Shown here: positions 1-8,785 of the stretch, piece by piece
Layout of the letters: each line of letters begins with the position of its first letter
How positions within the stretch are numbered: position 1 is the first letter of the stretch
Source of the DNA: an uncultured virus (IMG/VR IMGVR_UViG_3300022927_001927)
Lineage: Duplodnaviria > Heunggongvirae > Uroviricota > Caudoviricetes
Virus record (IMG/VR): IMGVR_UViG_3300022927_001927
DNA: 59,963 bases
Reading direction: 5' to 3' (one strand)
Program-made: the position numbers and the translations under genes
The notes under the pieces: generated by a model
The model's input: only the letters and a program-made list of their open reading frames with translations
Told to the model about the DNA's origin: nothing
Databases searched by the model: none

Positions 1-3000
1 CACAACAACAGTTATCAGTATTACAAAATATTAGATCACTAATAGGCCAACATCTTGGTGTGGCAATAATGCATGAAGAAGGTGCTAGATCATTTGCAGG
101 TGATAGTATAAGACAAGCAATAAGAGATAGAATTTTAGGTAATAGAGATTCTAAAAACTTAGAAATACTTGCAAAAAACGCTAATAATAAAAGCACAGGT
201 AGCGATAAGACTACTAATAAGAAGAGTAGTGGAAAGATTGATGGCAAAGCCGCTTCAGCATTAAAGGATTTAGGATACGGCGCTTTACTTACAGGTAAGG
301 CGATGTTAGTGTGGAGTATTGTTCCTAAAAGAGCTGTTAATAAATTCCTGGATTTTGTAGTTAACTCATTTGAAAGATTTGAATCCTTCAATACAAAGAA
401 AGTACAGAAAGGGATTGATGCATTGGATTCTATGGGAGATGCTATTATAAAGTTTGCTGGAGGTTTGGCTTTAGCAACACCTCTTATCTTAATAGGTCTT
501 GTAGGCTTACCTATTCTTATACCTACTCTGTTTATTATGGGCGGTGTCTTTTCTCTTCTTGGTAATAAAAAGTTTTCACAGAACATTAGAAAGGGTGCTA
601 GATCTGTTGATAGAATGGGTGATGCTATTCTTTCCTTTGGTATTGGAATGGCTGCATTTGCTCTTACTACATACTTTATCCTTAAACAGCCTGCAATTTT
701 GCTAGGAATGGTTTTATCATTAGTACTTATAGGTGGGGCTGTTGCTTTACTAGGTACCAAAGTAATGAGTAAAAAGGTAAGAAGAGGCTCTCTTAACTTA
801 CTTATTATGGGGGCAGCCGTAGGTGTCTTTGGTATAGGGTATGGAATTTTTGCTGCCGCATTTCCTAAGAATGTAGGTTTTAAAGATGTTTTAATACAAG
901 CTGCTGCTATAGCAGGTATAGGAATTGCTACTGCAATAGTAGGAAAATTTGGATTAACTAATATTGCATTAGGTGCATTATCATTAGCTCTTAACGGATT
1001 AGGATTGCTTGTATTTAACATGGGTTATGTTCCTTTTGCCGATGCAACTAAAGGAATGTCATTAGCAGATGTTGGAATACAAAGTGGTGTCCTATTAGCG
1101 GTAGGTGGTATAATGGCATTAGCAGGTCTTGCTGTTACGGCATCCGCTGGTGCTATATTATTAGGACCTGCTCTTTATGCTGCTGCTGGATGGTCATTAA
1201 CATTATTAGCACCAGGACTTGAGGCAATGAAGGATTTAGAATATTCTGAACAAGACTCTAAAGATCTCGCTACTACATTAGGTGCCGTTGCAATGGCATT
1301 CTCTGGTGTTGATCCTGAAGCTGGGGCTTTTGGAATGTTAAAAGGTTTATTTACTAGGGTAGTACAGAGTGGCGGTGGATTAGCTGCAGCTAAAATGTAT
1401 GCTGCTGCTGGTTCCGCATTACAAGAATTATCAAAAGGCTTAACTGATTTTAAAGCAGTCGGTTTTACAGAAGATGATTCAAAAGAATTAGCAATAGCAT
1501 TAGGATCTGTTAGTGGAGCATTTGCCCAAGCTGGCGGAGAACCTGCTAGCCCAGGTGGATTGTTTGGTGCAGTATTTGGAAATACATTTAGTCCTAATGC
1601 TACTGAACGTGGTATTGATTCAGTAATGGATTCAGGTAAGGCTCTAATGGAAATAACAAAAGGGCTTGCTTCATTCTTAGATCTTAAAAAGAAATACAAA
1701 TTAGACGGTGATGCATTTAAAGAAGGCGGTTATCTTAACACTGCTATAACTGAAACTCTAGGTTTCCTAAACTCTGCTTTTGCCGCAATCGGTACTAATG
1801 AAACGTCAGATTCTTGGGGAATATTTAGCTGGGACGAGAACAGTGTTGAAAAAGGTATTGATGCAGTTAAAGGATCAGGTAAAGCACTAAAAGACATAAC
1901 AGAAGGTCTTAAAGGATTTTTAGATCTTAAGAACAATTACGGGCTAACTTCTGAATCATTCATGGAAGGTGGGTTCTTATACACAGCCGTTACAGATTCA
2001 TTAGGTTTTATTAGTAAGGCTTTTGCTACTATAGGTGGAGAAGAAACTGAAGATTCATGGGGTCCATTTAGATGGGATGAGAATAAGGTAGAAAAAGGTA
2101 TTGACGCAGTAAGCGGTGCAGGTAAAGAATTAACTAATATTGCAGAAGGTCTTTCTAAGTTCCAGGAATTAGTTAAAGCAAAAGTTGATTTTAGTAAAGG
2201 TGGCGCATTAGAACAAGCCGTTACAAATTCATTAACTTTTGTTGGTGATGCCTTTGCCGTAATTGGTGGTAAGGAAGAAGAAGACGGATGGTTTATATTT
2301 AGTTGGGATGAAAACCTTGTTGAAAAAGGTGTTGATGCAGTTCAGGGTGCAGGAGAAGAACTTATGAACATTGCAACAGGATTAGAGACATTCCAAAAAC
2401 TAATAGATCAAAAGGTAGATTGGGATAAGTTAAAAACATCAATTGTAAATTCAGTAACCTTTGTAGGAGATGCATTTTCTGCTGTTGGTGGAATGAAAGA
2501 AACTGATAGTAGTTTCTTTGGTTTAATAACATGGGATGAGAATTTAGTAGCGGAAGGGATAGATGCCGTTAAGGGTGCTGGGGAAGAATTAATAAACATT
2601 GCAAAAGGTATTGAGGCTTTTGCAGGTATAAAGAATCCAGCTAAAGTTGCAAAAAGTATATCTTCAATATTTAATAATATTGCAGATACATTCCAAAATC
2701 TTTATAACCCTGAAGACACAAGATCAAGAATGAGTCATTTTAGAGTTTGGATAACTAATTTGACTGATGCAGCCAAAGACAATTCATTGGCAAAGGCTGC
2801 TGATGATATGCAAGAACTTGTAAATGCTATTAATTCTACAGATATTTACAAAGCTGAAGCTTTAGGAAACTTATTTAAGGGTGCAGGTGAACTAAGTAGA
2901 AATCGTCGTGCATACAACGATTTATATAGAGCGGTTGAAGACATACGAGATCTCTTGGCAGAATCTGGCGGTGGCGGCGAAGGTGTACCTGGCGGTGGTG

Positions 3001-3137
3001 GCGAAGGAACTCCTCCAAAAGATTCTGGAAATTCTGCTGCATTCTCAAAACTTAATAGCACACTTAGCAGACTTAATTCTACAATGAGTTCTCTACCTGC
3101 AGCTATTCAATCTATTAAGATAGAAATTCCTGATTAA
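1..3137 (+). CDS. Large Gly/Ala-rich protein with hydrophobic segments and internal repeats; tape-measure-like or ejected membrane protein (5'-truncated by the window)
   Basis: Frame is open from base 3, upstream of the track start at 60. Many hydrophobic helices in the N-terminal half; four W-D-E-N..E-G-[IV]-D-A-V repeats of 76-81 aa. Confidence 0.55.
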   Translation, partial: QQQLSVLQNIRSLIGQHLGVAIMHEEGARSFAGDSIRQAIRDRILGNRDSKNLEILAKNANNKSTGSDKTTNKKSSGKIDGKAASALKDLGYGALLTGKAMLVWSIVPKRAVNKFLDFVVNSFERFESFNTKKVQKGIDALDSMGDAIIKFAGGLALATPLILIGLVGLPILIPTLFIMGGVFSLLGNKKFSQNIRKGARSVDRMGDAILSFGIGMAAFALTTYFILKQPAILLGMVLSLVLIGGAVALLGTKVMSKKVRRGSLNLLIMGAAVGVFGIGYGIFAAAFPKNVGFKDVLIQAAAIAGIGIATAIVGKFGLTNIALGALSLALNGLGLLVFNMGYVPFADATKGMSLADVGIQSGVLLAVGGIMALAGLAVTASAGAILLGPALYAAAGWSLTLLAPGLEAMKDLEYSEQDSKDLATTLGAVAMAFSGVDPEAGAFGMLKGLFTRVVQSGGGLAAAKMYAAAGSALQELSKGLTDFKAVGFTEDDSKELAIALGSVSGAFAQAGGEPASPGGLFGAVFGNTFSPNATERGIDSVMDSGKALMEITKGLASFLDLKKKYKLDGDAFKEGGYLNTAITETLGFLNSAFAAIGTNETSDSWGIFSWDENSVEKGIDAVKGSGKALKDITEGLKGFLDLKNNYGLTSESFMEGGFLYTAVTDSLGFISKAFATIGGEETEDSWGPFRWDENKVEKGIDAVSGAGKELTNIAEGLSKFQELVKAKVDFSKGGALEQAVTNSLTFVGDAFAVIGGKEEEDGWFIFSWDENLVEKGVDAVQGAGEELMNIATGLETFQKLIDQKVDWDKLKTSIVNSVTFVGDAFSAVGGMKETDSSFFGLITWDENLVAEGIDAVKGAGEELINIAKGIEAFAGIKNPAKVAKSISSIFNNIADTFQNLYNPEDTRSRMSHFRVWITNLTDAAKDNSLAKAADDMQELVNAINSTDIYKAEALGNLFKGAGELSRNRRAYNDLYRAVEDIRDLLAESGGGGEGVPGGGGEGTPPKDSGNSAAFSKLNSTLSRLNSTMSSLPAAIQSIKIEIPD
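1740..2620 (+). repeat. Intragenic tandem protein repeats (~76-81 aa)
   Basis: WDEN motifs start at 1830, 2073, 2304 and 2532 in frame; a more diverged copy precedes them. Confidence 0.85.
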
Positions 3138-3143
3138 ATCTTA

Positions 3144-3170
3144 AAACTAAGTCAATACTCTACTATATAA
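3144..3170 (+). promoter_or_regulatory. Phage promoter class B (AAAC-N17/18-TATAA)
   Basis: AAAC at 3144 and TATAA at 3166, upstream of the exonuclease; motif found 12 times in the window. Confidence 0.6.
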
Positions 3171-3202
3171 AATTAACAGAGAGTTAACGAAAATAGTATA
3201 TT

Positions 3203-3997
3203 ATGGCTAAGAGTATTGTATGGTTTGATCTGGAAACCACTGGAGTAAACACAGCAACAGATCGTATTATTGAGATTTGTATGATAAAGACCGATCTTGA
3301 TGGAAATGAAATTAATAGTTTTTATTCACTTGTAAATCCCGGCACTAATGTTGAATGGAGACAAGAAGCAATTGATAAACACGGAATTACACCAGATCTA
3401 TTAGAAGACCAAGATAGGTTTGAGGCTATGGCAAAGGATGTTGTAGACTTTATTGGAGATTCTGATCTTGGTGGTTATAATGCACTTTACTTTGATATCC
3501 CAATGCTTACCGAAGAACTTATGAGAGCTGGTATTGTTTTTAATCATCGTAACCGAGCTGTTATTGATCCTTTCCTTATATACTCAAAATATGAAAGAAG
3601 AGACTTAAGCACGGCATATACGAAATACACAGGTAAGACTTTAGAAGGCGCACACCGCGCAGAGAATGATATTCGTGCAACAATGGAAATCTTCCAAGCT
3701 CAACGTGAACTCTATGATATGCCACAAACAGTTGAAGAAATTGATAAAGTAGTTAATGAATCTCGCCAAACTCAAGTTGACCTAAGTGGTAAGTTTAAGT
3801 TTGCTGAAATCAATGGAAAGAAAGAAATCGTATTTAACTTTGGTAAGTGGAGTGGAAAACCTTTCCGTGAAGTATATGAAGCCGATTCTCGTTACATTGA
3901 ATGGATGATTGATAAAGGGGAGTTCTCAAAGGAAACCAAAATCATTGCCCGTAAGCTTATGGAAAAGATGAAAGCTGAGCCTGAAATGCCATTCTAA
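3203..3997 (+). CDS. DEDDh 3'-5' exonuclease (DnaQ-like)
   Basis: FDLETTG, GYNALYFD and AHRAEND motifs; C-terminal FNFGK extension. Confidence 0.9.
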   Translation: MAKSIVWFDLETTGVNTATDRIIEICMIKTDLDGNEINSFYSLVNPGTNVEWRQEAIDKHGITPDLLEDQDRFEAMAKDVVDFIGDSDLGGYNALYFDIPMLTEELMRAGIVFNHRNRAVIDPFLIYSKYERRDLSTAYTKYTGKTLEGAHRAENDIRATMEIFQAQRELYDMPQTVEEIDKVVNESRQTQVDLSGKFKFAEINGKKEIVFNFGKWSGKPFREVYEADSRYIEWMIDKGEFSKETKIIARKLMEKMKAEPEMPF

Positions 3998-4000
3998 AAT

Positions 4001-4089
4001 TGTTAATAACTTTTTGAAAAAAGTCTAGGAAAAATTTTCAATTCCCAACAATTTTGATTATATTTATAATATACAAAATTAAACGGAAT
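4001..4089 (+). promoter_or_regulatory. Early-type promoter module, class A, copy 1
   Basis: TGTTAATAAC, then GAAAAAAGTCTAGGAAAAATTTTCAATTCCCAA (33 nt identical to 45733-45765), TTATATTT, and AAACGGAA just before ATG 4090. Confidence 0.8.
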
Positions 4090-4302
4090 ATGAAATACCA
4101 AAACGGATACCTTCCAAAAATCGCCTACCACATGGCACAAGGTAACACTGACCGCGTGGAATACTTTACTCATCGTCAAATCGCTCGCTACGGTGAACTT
4201 ACTCCATGGGATATGGGATGGATCTCAACTCAAGTTAACTCTATCCTTCACCAATGGGCACAAGAAGAAAAGGAATTTAACTCTCACCTTAACTACATCT
4301 AA
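4090..4302 (+). CDS. Small hypothetical early protein
   Basis: ATG directly after the conserved promoter module. Confidence 0.7.
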   Translation: MKYQNGYLPKIAYHMAQGNTDRVEYFTHRQIARYGELTPWDMGWISTQVNSILHQWAQEEKEFNSHLNYI

Positions 4303-4304
4303 TC

Positions 4305-4499
4305 ATGGAAAAAGGAACTATCGTAAAGTATGATGGCGGATTCTACCGTATCACCCGTGAAACTAAAAACACGGTCAATCTAGGGGCCATCTTCGGTACT
4401 CATGTTTATCACAAAGGAATTCAAAAGTCCGAGGTTACCGAAGCTCACAATGAGTGGTACCAAGGATGGACTCAGTCAGAAACTTATATGTCAATGTAA
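4305..4499 (+). CDS. Small hypothetical protein
   Basis: Tightly packed ORF. Confidence 0.65.
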   Translation: MEKGTIVKYDGGFYRITRETKNTVNLGAIFGTHVYHKGIQKSEVTEAHNEWYQGWTQSETYMSM

Positions 4500-4792
4500 T
4501 GAAAATAGATATCTCAAAACTTAAAGAAGTTGAAAAAGCATTTGGTCAATTTGAAGTTGGCCGTATCATGGGAAATGGTAATCATAACTACTTCCGCTTC
4601 GGTTACTGGAGACCAGTAGACCTTGGAGTACTCCAGGCAATTATGGCACCGTCAATTGTGGTTGTCGAGGATGATATCTATGATGACGACTGTGGATGGA
4701 AATACTCTTATACACTTTATGAAAAATGGGAGTGGGACCAGATTCAAGAAAGACGAAAAGAACAAATGGAAAAGTGGAAATCTGAAAAGTAA
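4499..4792 (+). CDS. Hypothetical protein
   Basis: TAATG overlap with the upstream stop. Confidence 0.65.
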   Translation: MKIDISKLKEVEKAFGQFEVGRIMGNGNHNYFRFGYWRPVDLGVLQAIMAPSIVVVEDDIYDDDCGWKYSYTLYEKWEWDQIQERRKEQMEKWKSEK

Positions 4793-4793
4793 T

Positions 4794-4824
4794 CTTTCAG
4801 ATTTTCTTTTTATGTTTTATAATT
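4794..4824 (+). promoter_or_regulatory. Class A variant promoter (CTTTCAGA-N15-TTATAWTT)
   Basis: Same spacing at 44373 and 48612. Confidence 0.6.
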
Positions 4825-4842
4825 AATTTAAATAAAGAACTG

Positions 4843-5139
4843 ATGAGTGTATATCAACAACTAATCCAAAATCCTCCAGAGATCAAGGTAAAGAAAAATC
4901 CACGAGAGGTAATTTTTAAAACGGTAAGCTGTATGTGTGATAACGTACATTACATTAAATTTAAGAAAAACACTGAAGGCGACTTTAAAATGTCCGGTGG
5001 TGGATTTTCTCTTTCTAATTGGCAAATGAATCATCCACCACATGACATTGAATGGACTGCTGATGAAGGTATGTGGAAACAGGTTGTAAGGATGATCAAC
5101 ACCGGTACATCAAAAATTGAATCTGTAAAAAGTAGATAA
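4843..5139 (+). CDS. Hypothetical protein
   Basis: ORF after promoter motif. Confidence 0.65.
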   Translation: MSVYQQLIQNPPEIKVKKNPREVIFKTVSCMCDNVHYIKFKKNTEGDFKMSGGGFSLSNWQMNHPPHDIEWTADEGMWKQVVRMINTGTSKIESVKSR

Positions 5140-5372
5140 TGGCTATAACGACACAACCTATGCCAGGCTCCGAAAAAATTCACATTGACTTAAAAGGACC
5201 TGATGGAAATGCATTTGCATTAATTGGCTTGGCTCAGAAATTGGCTAAGCAATTACATTACCAACCAGATGAGCGAGGCGAACTTACAACCGAAATGATG
5301 GGTGGTGATTATGATAATTTATTGGAAGTCTTTGATAAGCACTTCGGAGAATTTGTAACCTTACATAAATAA
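5139..5372 (+). CDS. Conserved small phage protein (IDL.GPDGNAF.L motif)
   Basis: GPDGNAF...GDYDNLL..FD..FG motif recalled from many phages. Confidence 0.7.
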   Translation: MAITTQPMPGSEKIHIDLKGPDGNAFALIGLAQKLAKQLHYQPDERGELTTEMMGGDYDNLLEVFDKHFGEFVTLHK

Positions 5373-5375
5373 GAC

Positions 5376-5549
5376 ATGGCCGTACCAACATTAGATGAAC
5401 AGATTCAAATTCAAGAAATACTTGAAGAAGCTAAAGCATACGGCCTCCGGCATGAAGTATGTGAATGGGCTGATAAGTTAATGGAAGAATCCTCGAAAAT
5501 GAACATCTTGGATGCGTACACTTTAGCATATCAAGAATGGATTAAATAA
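5376..5549 (+). CDS. Small hypothetical protein (57 aa, not in track)
   Basis: ATG 5376 to TAA 5549 fills the intergenic gap. Confidence 0.55.
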   Translation: MAVPTLDEQIQIQEILEEAKAYGLRHEVCEWADKLMEESSKMNILDAYTLAYQEWIK

Positions 5550-5555
5550 ATTGTA

Positions 5556-5720
5556 ATGTCATCAGAAGAAAAAAATACAAAAGATGAATTAGACTTCAAC
5601 GGTGGATGGTCCATGGGAGAAGCTGCTCATCATGTTGGTAAGAAGATGACACAACAAACTATTCCTGACAAAAGGAAATATAACCGTAAGAAAAAACATA
5701 AGAAAAAAGATGAAGATTAG
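5556..5720 (+). CDS. Small basic hypothetical protein (54 aa, not in track)
   Basis: ATG 5556 to TAG 5720, ends in KRKYNRKKKHKKKDED. Confidence 0.5.
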   Translation: MSSEEKNTKDELDFNGGWSMGEAAHHVGKKMTQQTIPDKRKYNRKKKHKKKDED

Positions 5721-5842
5721 TTTAACCTCCGTTTGCGCACAGGTTTATGTTTTGCCTACTATTAAGTGGACATATGATAAATACTTATATGGGTATATGA
5801 ACATTGAACTTTGGTGGTGGAAATGGGGAATAGAAATAGCGT

Positions 5843-6331
5843 ATGGAATACAAGAATAGATACAACGACATTTATACCTTTACCCTTCAAGAAGACGGCA
5901 GTATCTTATGGGAAGGTGATTTTAAATACTACCGCACAGGATGGCCTAATGTTTATAAAGAAGCCTACCAAGCATACTGTAAAGATGTAGGATCTAAAGG
6001 TGAACGCCCTATGCACATAGATTCATTTAAAGAAGCTGTTCATGAATCGGTGTACGATGAAAATGATAGCTATGTAGGTTGGGGTCCTATCGCAAAAAAA
6101 TACGGATCATTAGTATATTCCGATAAAGATAATATTGATATGGTAGATCCTAGCGGCGGTCCTTACATTACTCTCCACCAAGATCTTTCCTGGTTAAGCG
6201 AAGAGTTTAAAGGTCTTTGTGTAGGTAGTCTTGTACCTATAGATACTGGTTTTAGGATTGGGACCTATGGCAAATATGATCACCTTGCAGATACTAAGAT
6301 TATAGGTGGAATCATTAATACATCAGAATGA
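5843..6331 (+). CDS. Hypothetical protein
   Basis: ORF; DPSGGPYI motif recalled from phage proteins. Confidence 0.7.
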   Translation: MEYKNRYNDIYTFTLQEDGSILWEGDFKYYRTGWPNVYKEAYQAYCKDVGSKGERPMHIDSFKEAVHESVYDENDSYVGWGPIAKKYGSLVYSDKDNIDMVDPSGGPYITLHQDLSWLSEEFKGLCVGSLVPIDTGFRIGTYGKYDHLADTKIIGGIINTSE

Positions 6332-6915
6332 AAAACTTTGAATACATAAAAGCATTTAACTCGCCATTTAAGCGGCCGAAACTAAAGTGGTACTTTGGTA
6401 AGATTGCAATTGGTACACCTTACTTCTATCCTCGTCGTTGGGTAAAACCAACTCAGCAAATGTTAATTGATAATGCTAAAAAAGAAATAGAGGAAAGAAA
6501 AAGATGGAATGAAGCCAACGAAAAGTACGGTAACACTCCTAAAACAATTCCATCAATCGAGGAACTATGTGAAGAGAAAAAGAATTATAAATTTCCGGTT
6601 CCTAAAAAGATAGGTTTTGATTTTGTTGGATTAGGATGGAAAACCAAATGGACTGATACTGACTATAGGTTTGAGTGGGCTCCTCTTATCTCATTCGTAT
6701 TTTTTAAATGGCAAATTGCTGTGATGATAATAGCACCAGAACAATATCACTATTGGGAAGCATGGTTGTATTATCAACGTGACACGGAGGGAACTCCAAA
6801 GGAACGCATAGAGCAATGTAAAGAAGGCTTTCCTCTCGACTATATCGTATCTGATGGTGGAACGGAAACAAAGGTCAATTATTACAATAAAATATTAAAG
6901 GAGAAATACTTATGA
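6328..6915 (+). CDS. Hypothetical protein
   Basis: ATGA overlap with upstream gene. Confidence 0.7.
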   Translation: MKNFEYIKAFNSPFKRPKLKWYFGKIAIGTPYFYPRRWVKPTQQMLIDNAKKEIEERKRWNEANEKYGNTPKTIPSIEELCEEKKNYKFPVPKKIGFDFVGLGWKTKWTDTDYRFEWAPLISFVFFKWQIAVMIIAPEQYHYWEAWLYYQRDTEGTPKERIEQCKEGFPLDYIVSDGGTETKVNYYNKILKEKYL

Positions 6916-7271
6916 TAACTGGAGAGCAACCAAAAGTTTTACTTACTCAAGACGAGAACGGTAATCTTAAGATGGATGACGAAATGGGTAAACTCTTATT
7001 TGGAGATCCTAAAAAGAATTGGAAACTAGTTCGTGAACGAGATGGTCTAACTAATCAATCAGCCGAAGTAATGTGGCTTGAATGGAATGAAGAAGGAAAG
7101 TTTAAAGCCAAACATGATAAACCTGCAATTGGACGTTCCCTTATTATGTCTCCCTTTAACCAGTTCTTTACTTGGCAAACAACAGACATTACTGAGATCG
7201 TAGAGGAAAGAGAAGACTACGTAAAATTTCATACCGAAAACTCAACATACGAATTATGGAAGCTATCTTAA
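6912..7271 (+). CDS. Hypothetical protein
   Basis: ATGA overlap with upstream gene. Confidence 0.7.
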   Translation: MITGEQPKVLLTQDENGNLKMDDEMGKLLFGDPKKNWKLVRERDGLTNQSAEVMWLEWNEEGKFKAKHDKPAIGRSLIMSPFNQFFTWQTTDITEIVEEREDYVKFHTENSTYELWKLS

Positions 7272-7483
7272 AGTTTAACTTACCAGAAGATCATACTGAA
7301 TTTCAATTTGCAACACAAGGTTCAAATATGTATTCAGTCCTTTGGGAAATGGATCAATGGTTACGATCACAGTATAAGTATATGTCCGATGAAGAATATA
7401 GTAAGGACAAGTATGAGACTTATGAGAAGTGTCGAGAACGGCTTAGAGAGATAATGTTTGATAACGGTATAAACTTAGACTAG
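7256..7483 (+). CDS. Hypothetical protein
   Basis: Packed ORF. Confidence 0.65.
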   Translation: MEAILKFNLPEDHTEFQFATQGSNMYSVLWEMDQWLRSQYKYMSDEEYSKDKYETYEKCRERLREIMFDNGINLD

Positions 7484-8047
7484 ATGAAATATACAGGTAA
7501 ATGGTGGGATAGTCCACACAGATCAGAAGAGGACCGAGATGTAGCTGCAATTATGGTTAGAATTTTAGGTGGCCTTGCCTTTGTTTTAGGTTTATTAATG
7601 CTCCTATCTTGTGAGGCTGTAGATAGAGATCCAATAGAATCGTGGGAGGTAATGCCTATCGAACTAACGCAAGAGCAGGTAGTATTCACTAATGAAGTGG
7701 TTATTGAAATTAACGAGTATCGCAGGTCAATAAATTTAGATACACTTACACAATACACTGGCTTACCTCAAAATCTTGCAACGCAACACTGCAATGAGAT
7801 GATTTTAACTGGCATAATTTCACATGATGGCTTTCGAGAGCGAGCAGAGATAATGGCACAGTGGGGAGCAGAAGCAGTGGCATGCAACGTTGCATTTGGA
7901 TACGATAATCCCGAAGAAGTAGTTGATGCTTGGATAGAAAGTCCAATGCACTTAGATTCTCTAGAGGGTAATTATGACTCGGCTGCAGTTGGTATCAGAG
8001 AAGATGACCTTGGAACAAATTACATAACCTTAATACTATTTAGATAA
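7484..8047 (+). CDS. CAP/SCP-domain protein, probable lipoprotein
   Basis: LLMLLSC lipobox-like motif; INEYR, SHDGF..R, NVAFGY, VVDAWIESPMH, AVGI match the CAP domain. Confidence 0.8.
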   Translation: MKYTGKWWDSPHRSEEDRDVAAIMVRILGGLAFVLGLLMLLSCEAVDRDPIESWEVMPIELTQEQVVFTNEVVIEINEYRRSINLDTLTQYTGLPQNLATQHCNEMILTGIISHDGFRERAEIMAQWGAEAVACNVAFGYDNPEEVVDAWIESPMHLDSLEGNYDSAAVGIREDDLGTNYITLILFR

Positions 8048-8048
8048 T

Positions 8049-8531
8049 ATGAGAACTATTCGCCAATTCTTTCGTAGACTTAAAAGACTGATTCAGTTTA
8101 TTCCTCATGTTTGGCGAGGGTACGATTTTGACTATCGCTATGCAATTGACCTATTTTCATATCAGTTAACCAGAACAGCCGATCATCTTGAGTCCGATAA
8201 GTCTTACACCGTCAATGCGGATATGCATGCTAGAAAAATTAGGACCGCTATTGATCTTATGAAAAGGGTGTATGAAGATGAGTATGACATGGAATGGATG
8301 GATCAACTCAAGGAGGTATACGGTCCTAGTGTTTTAGATTGGTGGTTTGAAGATATAGGAAGAGGTGATGGTTCATCTTACTTAAGATATGTATATGAGA
8401 AGTGGGATAATGCCGAAGAAGTAGAAGCCAAGAAATCTGAATTGATAAAAGCTTCACGAGAAAAACAAAAGAAAGCAGAGAGAATTCTCTGGGCATACAT
8501 ACAACATAACATCCGCAATTGGTGGGATTAA
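8049..8531 (+). CDS. Hypothetical protein
   Basis: Packed ORF. Confidence 0.7.
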   Translation: MRTIRQFFRRLKRLIQFIPHVWRGYDFDYRYAIDLFSYQLTRTADHLESDKSYTVNADMHARKIRTAIDLMKRVYEDEYDMEWMDQLKEVYGPSVLDWWFEDIGRGDGSSYLRYVYEKWDNAEEVEAKKSELIKASREKQKKAERILWAYIQHNIRNWWD

Positions 8532-8532
8532 T

Positions 8533-8751
8533 ATGATAGTAATGATACCTAAAATGAAAAAAGATTTTGAATGGCTTAGAAAAATAATTTCTAACCCAGC
8601 AAACAAAACAGTCCACTATAAATCTCTAAAAAGATTAACCATTCTATTTAGTAAAAAATGGTCTCATATTAAAAAAGAACATCCGGATTTGTATTGGTCA
8701 TATGTAAATTATCTTCATCTAAAACTTAGGTTTGAATTCTATGAAGAATAA
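8533..8751 (+). CDS. Hypothetical protein
   Basis: Packed ORF. Confidence 0.55.
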   Translation: MIVMIPKMKKDFEWLRKIISNPANKTVHYKSLKRLTILFSKKWSHIKKEHPDLYWSYVNYLHLKLRFEFYEE

Positions 8752-8775
8752 ACCTTTAAGGATTTAGCAATATAA
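8749..8775 (+). promoter_or_regulatory. Class B promoter
   Basis: TAAAC-N17-TATAA upstream of the topoisomerase. Confidence 0.7.
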
Positions 8776-8785
8776 AAATAAAAAT

